DNA of 64,000 bases. Source: Candidatus Bathyarchaeia archaeon (GTDB lineage Archaea; Thermoproteota; Bathyarchaeia; Bathyarchaeales; Bathycorpusculaceae). Positions within the stretch are counted from its first letter, which is position 1. Every line of letters begins with the position of its first letter. Both the position numbers and the translations under genes were made by a program. Location of the stretch: the NCBI GenBank assembly GCA_049521795.1, contig JBEKOM010000003.1:128001-192000 (forward strand). The letters run 5' to 3'. The notes beneath the pieces were generated by a model, which was not told the DNA's origin, did not search any database, and saw only the letters and a program-made list of their open reading frames with translations. Shown here piece after piece: positions 40,486-49,099 of the stretch.

Positions 40486-41607
40486 TCATGCTTTGACCAG
40501 TGTAGCTATCTTAGTAGAATAGTTTCTGATTATGCAAGCTCCCCTGAATGGTTGCGTCTTTATGCATTTGCCGCATTTGTTGCATTTCACTGAATCAACG
40601 GTGATAGACTGGCCATCCACCTTTAAAGCCCCTCTTCTGCACAAAGATGTACAAGCCCCGCAGGCTTTGCAGTTTATTGCCTTCTCAACAAGAACGTTGA
40701 GTCTTCTTCTGTCAATATCCTTGACTGTAATCCTCAGTTTGCTTCCAATATGGAAGTAGTTGTCTGTAATTATTGGTAATATCTTGACTAAGCGTCTTAT
40801 CTGTTCTTCGTTCTGGCCACTGAAAATCAGGTCAATCTGGTCTCTATCTGTCTGACAAGGAGAGTATAATCCTACTGAGATCTTCTTTATCGGACTAGCC
40901 CAAGCAGTCCATCCTCTTCCTGTTATGAACTTCTCTCTATCCATAACATTCATCTTCACAGCAAAATCAGCCAAGAGCCTTTCGAATGAGCATGCTCTTT
41001 CTGGAAATATCTTCTTGATTTTCTTCCAGTCGTCGTCTGTCCTGAAGGGGCAACACCAGCATCCTATTCGATCAAAATACTTGTACAATGGATTGATGGG
41101 AAGAGAGTTGTCTTTAATATAGGTCCAGACATCGTCGTCACTCCACTCAAGAATCGGGTTTATTTGTAGGACTGGAACGAGAGGGTTATTGTCAAGCATC
41201 TTGTATCGAGATCTCTTGTTAGATTCTTTCATCCTGAGCCCAGTGACGAATCCATATAGATCTTCACTTGCCGCGTAATTCGAAAGTGGCCCAAATTTGA
41301 AGACGTCACAACACCATCTTAGAATTCGCGAGGGAAATCCTACATGTTTTACCATCTCAAAAAATGTGATAGGTGCACGAACAACGTCAATATCCATACC
41401 GTAGAAGGCTCCCACTTGTTCCACGAATTCCTTCGTTTCATCAAACTCAACTGTGGTGTCACAAAAGACTGCTTTCCTTATTCCGACCCTATGTGCCAAA
41501 TCCAAGGTAACTAGACTGTCCTTTCCACCTGAAAAACTCACAGCTACTTTTTTCTCGGAAATGCTTGAGAGATAGGTCAAAGCGATTTTCTCTTTCTCGA
41601 CTAACAC
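40486..41607 (-). CDS. PAPS/APS reductase family (PP-loop) protein with C-terminal ferredoxin domain
   Basis: SFSGGKDS, RWCC, RIGCWCCP, CKACGAC..LC, CNKCGKC. Confidence 0.88.
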   Translation of the reverse strand: MLVEKEKIALTYLSSISEKKVAVSFSGGKDSLVTLDLAHRVGIRKAVFCDTTVEFDETKEFVEQVGAFYGMDIDVVRAPITFFEMVKHVGFPSRILRWCCDVFKFGPLSNYAASEDLYGFVTGLRMKESNKRSRYKMLDNNPLVPVLQINPILEWSDDDVWTYIKDNSLPINPLYKYFDRIGCWCCPFRTDDDWKKIKKIFPERACSFERLLADFAVKMNVMDREKFITGRGWTAWASPIKKISVGLYSPCQTDRDQIDLIFSGQNEEQIRRLVKILPIITDNYFHIGSKLRITVKDIDRRRLNVLVEKAINCKACGACTSLCRRGALKVDGQSITVDSVKCNKCGKCIKTQPFRGACIIRNYSTKIATLVKA

Positions 41608-41687
41608 AATAAGTGAATTGATTACCCGGCTATAAATATCCTTGGCTCAAGGATGTAACGTGTCTGTATGAGCAAAGCTCTTATAGA

Positions 41688-41730
41688 AGACGTGAGATAA
41701 GATACGTGATACAAGAGACGTGATACGTGA
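41688..41730 (+). promoter_or_regulatory. Four clustered ACGTGA direct repeats between a TATA-like box and the start codon
   Basis: agacgtgagataagatacgtgatacaagagacgtgatacgtga. Confidence 0.55.
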
Positions 41731-41733
41731 ACT

Positions 41734-42594
41734 ATGATCTGTATTAAATGCGGACTGAAGAAAAGCGGGAACCAAGATTTCTTTGAGTGTGATAACTGCA
41801 GAGATTTTTCGAAAATCGTCAGAACAGTTTTCGATGATATACATGAAAAAATGGAACGAGCAGGGAGTATCGATCCAGATACTCATCCTATCCTAAGGCT
41901 GCTCGCTGATAGCTCTTTTATCACGTCAAAGAATCCTCAAACAGCAATCTTCTACAAAATCAGCGACTACATAGTTTCGAAAGCTTTTGCTGGTGTCAAT
42001 GAAGTCACAGAAGATGAACTTAACCAGCATGTAACTACCACTAGGGGATGGAGTGGTGCTTTCAAGATTTTCGAGGAACTGAACCTTGTGCGTGTTCGGA
42101 CCGAGAAATTCCGACGTGTTCTTGTCCTGACGGACAAAACCCGAAAATTCGCAACTCAATATCTGGGAGCTGAGCACCTTAGCGATATAGGCCTCAGAAC
42201 AAGACTTGCTCATATCTACGGAGGATATGTTCTTCTTTTCATTCTATGCAAGATGGCGGATTTGTCCGTGGACAACATAGACAAAGCAACGCTTCCATAT
42301 AACCAGAGACCCAGGACTTTTTGGATTACATTGATGTTCTTATGGTCAAATGCCTACCTAGACAGTCGGACTTTCAGCGGGGAGGACCTGAGAGTATTCG
42401 TGTCGAAACGGCGCATACCTTCGACAACGAGAGGAAAAATACTAAATGCCCTTGAAGCGAAAGATGGACGCAGTACTCAAGGTCTCATAAAAGATGTGCG
42501 CATTGAAGACGGGGGCCTAACATTTGAGTTCGAGGATTATGTATTGCTGGAAATGCAAAGAATCAGAGAACTCGTGAGAGAAAGAGAACGTTAA
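41734..42594 (+). CDS. Hypothetical protein: N-terminal Zn ribbon and probable winged-helix domains
   Basis: CIKC...CDNC; FKIFEELNLVRV...LVLTDK wHTH-like pattern. Confidence 0.75.
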   Translation: MICIKCGLKKSGNQDFFECDNCRDFSKIVRTVFDDIHEKMERAGSIDPDTHPILRLLADSSFITSKNPQTAIFYKISDYIVSKAFAGVNEVTEDELNQHVTTTRGWSGAFKIFEELNLVRVRTEKFRRVLVLTDKTRKFATQYLGAEHLSDIGLRTRLAHIYGGYVLLFILCKMADLSVDNIDKATLPYNQRPRTFWITLMFLWSNAYLDSRTFSGEDLRVFVSKRRIPSTTRGKILNALEAKDGRSTQGLIKDVRIEDGGLTFEFEDYVLLEMQRIRELVRERER

Positions 42595-43367
42595 TGGAGA
42601 GTAGTCACATGTTTGAAACGAAAGAAGCAGAAGCTGTAAGCGGAGTGACACTTCCTGAAGTAAATCTACTGCCTGAGCTACTGCAAATCGAAGATCTAAT
42701 CTCGCGAACTTGTGAATACTTTTTCAAGAGTGGATCCCCTCTGCCCAATTCTCCTTTCAAAGGTTTTCTTTTGCAGGGACCTCCCGGAACCGGGAAGACT
42801 GAAATAGTGAAGCAGGTTGCGAGGAAGCTTGACAGAAGAATGGGAAATGTGTATTGGTTATTTATCGATGGGGCTTCGATTGCAGCTCCCAAATGGGGCG
42901 ATGCTGAGAAAGCGCTAAGGAATGTTTTCAAAACAGCGGAGCAATTGAGTAAGAATTACAGAAACCCGAGGTTACTTGTGCATTTCGATGACATAGAATG
43001 TCTAATGATGGCAAGAGGAGCAGAGTTGGCAAAAGAATGGCATTATTCGATTAACTCCATCCTATTTCATGAGATCGATAGACTTGACCCAATATCCACA
43101 ATAGTTTGTGGAACGACGAATAGGCCTGATTTGGTTGATGAGGCTCTTCGAGACCGGCTCTATGTGATTGAAGTTTCTCCTCCTCCTATTGAACAGCTAA
43201 AATTCGTCATAAGAGAGATTCTTGATTCGACTGGTGTGACCTCCAAGAAAGAGACAATGGAAGCGAGAGTCTTTTCCAAACTTAGAGACCTGCCCAAAGC
43301 CACAATCAGAGATGCTCGTCAGCTCACAGTTGTCGAATGTATCAAGGAGAGACTGTGGACCGTATGA
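42594..43367 (+). CDS. Minimal classical AAA+ ATPase
   Basis: GPPGTGKT, LVHFDDIE, TTNRPDLVDEALRDR. Confidence 0.88.
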   Translation: MESSHMFETKEAEAVSGVTLPEVNLLPELLQIEDLISRTCEYFFKSGSPLPNSPFKGFLLQGPPGTGKTEIVKQVARKLDRRMGNVYWLFIDGASIAAPKWGDAEKALRNVFKTAEQLSKNYRNPRLLVHFDDIECLMMARGAELAKEWHYSINSILFHEIDRLDPISTIVCGTTNRPDLVDEALRDRLYVIEVSPPPIEQLKFVIREILDSTGVTSKKETMEARVFSKLRDLPKATIRDARQLTVVECIKERLWTV

Positions 43368-43753
43368 TTCCTTTAGATGAAATACCAAGATCAGGCCAAC
43401 TAATCATAGCAGTTCACTTCAGCGGATATGGGCAATACTATGCCAATGAGACAAGGAAAGCACTAATGCATTTACCTGAGAGAGCGGACGTTAAAGAAAT
43501 TGGCATTGAATTCTATCCTCTAGACTACTGGCTAAAGAGGGCGATCGTGGGAAAGGAGAAGGATGAAGAACAGTATGCAACAGATGAGGCAACCTGGTAC
43601 AGCACTCGAGCAGGTGGAGGCTTGTACAAGATCGGCTTCGCTGATATGACGCCTGAGAAGTTTGAGAAACTGCATATCGTTTTGAAGAAAATGCAGAAAA
43701 CCTACTGGGAGAATTATGAGATACTTATTGCGAGTCAAGTTGAGGGATTTTAA
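43364..43753 (+). CDS. Hypothetical protein (129 aa)
   Basis: ATGA overlap with the ATPase stop; AAGGAG upstream. Confidence 0.75.
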   Translation: MIPLDEIPRSGQLIIAVHFSGYGQYYANETRKALMHLPERADVKEIGIEFYPLDYWLKRAIVGKEKDEEQYATDEATWYSTRAGGGLYKIGFADMTPEKFEKLHIVLKKMQKTYWENYEILIASQVEGF

Positions 43754-43884
43754 TGGCAAGATTGTCTAAAGAGTTCGTTGAAAAGATAGCACTTGAGAAA
43801 ACCACTACACAAAATCTCCAAGACCAAGTCGAACGAGAATTGAAAGGACTGGTAGAAGAGATTGCCACGAGGTTTGCCAAATGA
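43753..43884 (+). CDS. 43-aa helical microprotein (not in ORF track)
   Basis: MARLSKEFVEKIALEKTTTQNLQDQVERELKGLVEEIATRFAK; TAATG and ATGA overlaps. Confidence 0.7.
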   Translation: MARLSKEFVEKIALEKTTTQNLQDQVERELKGLVEEIATRFAK

Positions 43885-45845
43885 AGGCCACACTTAGACT
43901 GAAGAATATTGGGGGCCTGAAGGAAGGAGACTACATGTTCAGATCAGACAAGCTGAACATTATCGAATCTGCCAATTCTTCTGGAAAGACTTCAATCGTC
44001 AAAGCCCTAGCTGGAATATTATCAATACCTAAGAATGGTGCCCTTTCAGAGTCTATGTTTGATGAGGCAATTAAACTTGGCATCAAGACAGATCCTCACA
44101 ATCCCTTTGAAGGATTTGTGAATGTGCATGCAAGTCAAGGTCAGGCAGAGCTCGAACTTGATGGCACTAGGGAAAAGTACGTTGTTAAACAAAACGGAGA
44201 TGTTATTGCAGCTCCCGAACATGGTGATGAGAGATTTCTGTTGGCTGGAGTCTTGTGCAACAACTCTCGAGTACTCAGACAATTGAGAGGACTCGATCAG
44301 AGAGAGCCAGATGACTTCAGATGGGCAGTTGAAGAACTGTCTTTTGCTCGGAAGTATTCCGACGTGGCAGAGGTTCTGAAGACTTGGAAAGAAGACTTCA
44401 CTGAAAAAGAAGAGTTGATCAAGAAGAGCATTCAGGAAATGAAACCTCTTAATGAACGCCATTCCGCCCTTCAAAAAGAGATAGAGAAACTTGATTCAAG
44501 AGTCAACAAACTAACAACTGAGCTTGCAGACACTCGTGTGGAGATCGAGAGCATAGTGAAGGATAGGGAAGAATCACTGAGAGAGATCAACCGTCTGAAA
44601 AAGGAAATGCAGGATAGAGAAGTCTTGAAGACAAGAATCACAGTAACAGAGCTTGCACCAAAGCAACGTGAGTTGGAAAAGGCAAAGGCTGTCAAGAAGG
44701 AGAATGAATCAAAACTTCAGAAAACTCGTGAGGAGATTGAGGCGTTAGAGAACAAAGGAAGTAGAAAACAAGAGATTGAAATTGAAGTAAACAAGCTTAT
44801 GGATCAACGCAATACGTTGGACGGAATTCTTAATCTCTACATTGTTGCGGAAACTAGCTTACGGGAAAAAAGGGGTGACAAGGTGCCTTGTCCGCTTTGC
44901 GAGGTCGGGTACGTAACATATCGTGGAATAACACAGCACATCACGGAATGTCGCGGCCAACGCGAATCGCTGAACTCAAGAATCTTACAGCTCAACCAAG
45001 AGAAGCAGAATATTTCAATTCAATTGACAAAGGCTCAGGAACGTGCCCAGGAATTGCGCAGCAGAATCAGAGAGCAGAGTGATCGAATAGGTTTCATCGA
45101 GAAAGACCTCAAGAAACCTGAAGATGCTGTCAGACAGATTGACAGCGTCATCGCAGACTACAAGAGGAAATTGGAAAGTGAACAAAAGAGCTTCGGCGAG
45201 CTTGACAAGGAAGTGAGTTCCCATACAGGCAAGACGGCAAATGAGGAATTCAATGAATTGAACAAGACTCGTTCCCGAATGCATGAGGAATCGGGTCGCA
45301 TTCTTGAAAGATTAAGCGAGCTTTCAGTTTTTCCAATTATGGAAACGGTCTTCGATACAAAAGTGGCAGCGCTCGTGGCCAAAGATGTTGTCGAGATACT
45401 CAAAGATAGAATCAGTCACCTTGAACAAAGGGCTGAAGAGGAAAGGGAACAGGCTGCAAGAAGATTCAATGAGAGCATCAACATTCTGTTAGCGAACCTT
45501 GGCTTCAAGGAATTCAGAACAATGAAACTCGCAGGTTCGCCAAGTTATAGACTCTATGTAGAACGGTTTGACTCTCAGAAGAAGGACTACAAGAGCCAAG
45601 ATGTTGGAACTCTTAGCACTTCAGAGAAGCTGGCAATCTCATTGATACTGCAGATGGCTCTGAAGGAGACATACATGAGAAACACGCCTTTCCTCATAGT
45701 TGATGATGTGCTAGAGGATTTTGACCCTGAAAGACGAGAGCTAGTTGTTGAATATTTGAAAGACAAGATCTCCAAGGAAAACTGGTTCATAGTAGCAACG
45801 AAACTGGTGGAAAAACGTGGCCCTCCCACAGTCAAATATCTCTAG
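43881..45845 (+). CDS. Archaea-specific SMC-related ATPase (ClsN/Sph-like) with Zn hook
   Basis: LKNIGGL, Walker A ANSSGKTS, long coiled coil with central CPLC, signature LSTSE, Walker B LIVDD. Confidence 0.85.
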   Translation: MKATLRLKNIGGLKEGDYMFRSDKLNIIESANSSGKTSIVKALAGILSIPKNGALSESMFDEAIKLGIKTDPHNPFEGFVNVHASQGQAELELDGTREKYVVKQNGDVIAAPEHGDERFLLAGVLCNNSRVLRQLRGLDQREPDDFRWAVEELSFARKYSDVAEVLKTWKEDFTEKEELIKKSIQEMKPLNERHSALQKEIEKLDSRVNKLTTELADTRVEIESIVKDREESLREINRLKKEMQDREVLKTRITVTELAPKQRELEKAKAVKKENESKLQKTREEIEALENKGSRKQEIEIEVNKLMDQRNTLDGILNLYIVAETSLREKRGDKVPCPLCEVGYVTYRGITQHITECRGQRESLNSRILQLNQEKQNISIQLTKAQERAQELRSRIREQSDRIGFIEKDLKKPEDAVRQIDSVIADYKRKLESEQKSFGELDKEVSSHTGKTANEEFNELNKTRSRMHEESGRILERLSELSVFPIMETVFDTKVAALVAKDVVEILKDRISHLEQRAEEEREQAARRFNESINILLANLGFKEFRTMKLAGSPSYRLYVERFDSQKKDYKSQDVGTLSTSEKLAISLILQMALKETYMRNTPFLIVDDVLEDFDPERRELVVEYLKDKISKENWFIVATKLVEKRGPPTVKYL

Positions 45846-46704
45846 AACCTCAAATGCAGGTTATCCCCAGGCGGGCGCAGGACCGCACGATAAGTGGAAA
45901 CGCCAGCTATATGCTGGAAAGTGTAAGCTCTGCGGCAACAAATCGTACGGAGAACACTGCAAGCTGTGTGAATATACTCTCCTGCAAATGGATGAAATAA
46001 TCAAGCTGTATTTGGAAGGGGCTCCACCTGAGGACTTGGACAACGCAGTTGTAGAGTTCGATAGGATCTACTTTAGCAATCTGAGAATAAGGACGTTCTA
46101 TAATACGGCTTGCGAAGCGATCCGCTTTGTTATCGTGAATCCCAATTCGCCGCTCATACTGATGGAACCAAATTTCTCAAATATCCCAGAGCCCAAGATT
46201 CTGGCAATTCTGGAAGAAAGCAAAATAATCACAAAAAAAGAAGAGAATATATATGCCGGACCGTTGCTCGAGAAGCTTATCAGGTTAAGACTCACTAAGT
46301 ACGGAATCAGCTCCCCGGAGTTCGCAAAACAGCTCAGAATCATATATGCTGTTCTTACACTTGTAGTAACCAAGACATTGCTCAAACATGAAGAGTACAT
46401 TCCGCAGATCGTCGTTGGAGTTTTCCGCGTTATTTCCGCTCATGTCGCCCGGAATTTCGATTCTGCGATGATTCCAAAGGAAATCACACGTTCGACATGG
46501 GAGGCAGGTCTGAGAGGTATGAACCCGAGAGAAGAGGTCCATCTAGAATGGGATCTACTTGGACTGACTGCAAACACCAACCCCCGCATATTCGACGACT
46601 ATGATGCAGAGCTAGAGCAATTCATCTCAAAGCCTTGCATGCTCAACTACTATGAGTATGTCCGAAACATCATCAGGGAGAGACAACTTGAGAGGGACCG
46701 CTAA
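45817..46704 (+). CDS. Hypothetical protein: Zn ribbon and probable winged-helix domains
   Basis: CKLC...CKLC; ILAILEESKII...IYAG; C-terminus resembles that of 41734-42594. Confidence 0.75.
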   Translation: MALPQSNISRTSNAGYPQAGAGPHDKWKRQLYAGKCKLCGNKSYGEHCKLCEYTLLQMDEIIKLYLEGAPPEDLDNAVVEFDRIYFSNLRIRTFYNTACEAIRFVIVNPNSPLILMEPNFSNIPEPKILAILEESKIITKKEENIYAGPLLEKLIRLRLTKYGISSPEFAKQLRIIYAVLTLVVTKTLLKHEEYIPQIVVGVFRVISAHVARNFDSAMIPKEITRSTWEAGLRGMNPREEVHLEWDLLGLTANTNPRIFDDYDAELEQFISKPCMLNYYEYVRNIIRERQLERDR

Positions 46705-46838
46705 AGAGCGAGACTACGCGCGCACACACACAAGATGAAGTTAATTGTTTGGAGCCTTGCAGTTAGAGCAATTTGTGAGTCGTTTGGAACAAAACAGTTC
46801 CACAATACGCACGCGCTGGTTGGCTGACTGAAAAGGAC

Positions 46839-47456
46839 TCATGAATGAATGATGCGGCTGGCCACATCTGTGACGCCGTTTATCAAGAACTGTACAGCGA
46901 TTGCCAAGACGATGATGGCCATTATCCGTGTGACCACATGCAAGCCTTCAGTGCCTAACCGGCCGGCAAGTCGGCCCGCGTAAGTCATCCCCACGTACGA
47001 AAGCAACACGCTCACAAGAACTGCCACAAACACGAAAGGCCACTCAAGCAGGTCGTTGGTCTGAGACATGAGCAACATCACCGTCGTGATCGAACCGGGT
47101 CCCGCAGTCAAAGGAAACGCCAGGGGTACGATCGCAACGTCCTCCAACTCCTCTCGCGTGTACTCATCCTTCCTGGGATGCAGCATCCTCATAGCGACAT
47201 CAACCAACAGAATCCCGCCTGCGATCTGAAAAGCTGAAATAGTAATGTTGAAGACTGAAAACACAAGCTGCCCCGCCAGGGCAAAAAAAGCCAACACCAC
47301 AAAAGAAATCTTCATGGCCTTGCCCACGATTCGCCGTTTCTCTTCAGTACTCTAGCCCTCGGTCAAACTGAGATAGATCGCAATGTTGCTGCCAGGCTCA
47401 ACAACTGCGACCACAGATGTTACGGCGAGCAAAGCAAAACCTATAACCTCAAGCAC
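46839..47456 (-). pseudogene. marC: MarC family membrane protein with an in-frame TAG
   Basis: EPGSNIAIYLSLTEG*STEEKRRI; AIVPLAFPLTAGPGSIT; TAG at 47352-47354. Confidence 0.8.
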
Positions 47457-47941
47457 CCAGACCACGTCAGATAATCTCCATACTAAAAATTTTAAGCTTT
47501 CCTCACTCGCGCGCTAACCAGACAGACGGCTCGCCACTATGAACTTTGTTCCCACTTTACAGACCCAAGATATGAGAGCGCGCGCTACACACCTGTCTGC
47601 TTCTTCAAGACCTGTTACCACACAACATTACCACTGACGTTACTTCTGAACAAAAGGGGGTCAACCTCGAAATAATCCGACCTCACGAAGTCTAGCGAGC
47701 GCTATGTTTTGTGCTGGCGCAGATTCGGTTGACAGTTCTGGTTGGAGAACAAAAGCGGCGCGCTGCCTTGTCCCATTATTATGCGTGCGCACTTGAACAG
47801 CCACGTGGCCCCGCATCCAACCTGAACAGCCTCACCGTTTTCAACGATGCTTGCCAACTGGATATGCAAAGTGTATTTGCAAAACGTATATGCTCACAAT
47901 TACGCACTATTCACAAATTTAGGGACAAGCCAACGCGCTGG

Positions 47942-48436
47942 TTAGGGTTGCATTGTTCGGCGGGGCATGATTCGTTGTTGTTGCGTTGTCGTGTCAGGAA
48001 ACCTGGAGTAGTGTTCGTGGACCACTTTCCATGTTGAATCTTGTTTGTTGAGGACGGATGTGACGCGTGAAGTCACGTCGAACGTCCTGTTTCTCATCAC
48101 TGCCTGATAATGTATGATGAACGTGGCGATCGCTGTGTTGCCGAGAATGTTCGCTTGAAAATCCCTCAACTCGTAACTGTAGCTGGACATCACCTTGAAC
48201 GCTCCGAACTCGTTCTCCAAGGCTTTCGAGCCTTCCTGCCTCTCAAAGGGCGGCCAGTCGTCAAACTTGTTGTAGTGCTCATCAACGAGAGCTTTCACCG
48301 CACCCTCATCCCTGTTCTTCATAGCGTCAAACCGACTAACTATAACACTTCTGACTTCATCCTGCGCGGATGATCCGACTGCAGTCTGTGCCATTTTGAC
48401 ACTCTCACCATAAGGCGCTTGTTCTTCTCTCTTCAA
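47942..48436 (-). CDS. SnoaL/NTF2-like protein
   Basis: RVTSVL...WKVVHEHYS. Confidence 0.85.
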   Translation of the reverse strand: MKREEQAPYGESVKMAQTAVGSSAQDEVRSVIVSRFDAMKNRDEGAVKALVDEHYNKFDDWPPFERQEGSKALENEFGAFKVMSSYSYELRDFQANILGNTAIATFIIHYQAVMRNRTFDVTSRVTSVLNKQDSTWKVVHEHYSRFPDTTTQQQRIMPRRTMQP

Positions 48437-48745
48437 AACGCGCTGGTATCTTATGTTCCTTTCTCAAACTGGTTCTGTGAAGTCTTCGGTTGATATGGGG
48501 TTCATGTGAAAATTCGGTTGATGAATCAGAATATGTTGTAGAAACTGGAACCCTAAGAGTTTATTAAAATGAAATATGCTTGAGCGCGCGCGAGGTCGCA
48601 AGAAATTGGGTCCGCCCCCTTTTGGGTTCGATTCCGTAGAGGCCTGAGCCCCTTAGGGTTCTAGTCCGACCGGAATTTTGCGCATTCTCCTCCGAACCCT
48701 TAATAGATAATAGATCTGCAGAATGGATATCATTCTTATTTCTCG

Positions 48746-48822
48746 GCTCTGAACCAGTTGGCCTAAGACAAAGAGAATGCTGATTACAGAATATTTGAAG
48801 TAGCGGACTCGAACCCGTTTGG
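48746..48822 (+). repeat. 77-bp direct repeat, copy 1
   Basis: 69/77 identical to 55083-55159 by manual alignment. Confidence 0.85.
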
Positions 48823-48950
48823 GTCTAAGTCCGCTAGAAGCCTGAACGCGTTCAGGTGCTGGTCCGGGCAGTATGCTGTATGTGAGGTTTTCAGGTTTTG
48901 AAAATGTTCATGGAGTGTTGATACAGTTCGTCAGGCTCTTCCTCGCGCGC

Positions 48951-49056
48951 TTCGTTCCTTTGATTGGGCTAGCATCAGTTGTGTATCAAAGTAAGGCTCT
49001 CAGCACATATGGTCGCCGTTGGAAACCAGCCGCCTTTATTGCGTCTCGAATCGCTT
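48951..49056 (-). pseudogene. Frameshifted fragment of a probable archaeal tyrosine integrase
   Basis: EAIRDAIKAAGFQRRPYVLRA(+1)YFDTQLMLAQSK. Confidence 0.6.
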
Positions 49057-49099
49057 CGCGCGCGCTAATCGCCTGGGTTAAGAGATTAGTGTGTTGGTG

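Noticed and set aside
41734-46704. Canonical Wadjet, Dnd or arcade (crenactin) cluster
   Set aside because: No Toprim nuclease, DndB/DndE or actin motifs are recognisable, and the SMC-like protein is short with a Zn hook
47599-47694. Short open frame LLQDLLPHNITTDVTSEQKGVNLEIIRPHEV between (GC)n sites, as a second integrase fragment
   Set aside because: The resemblance is too weak to support without a search
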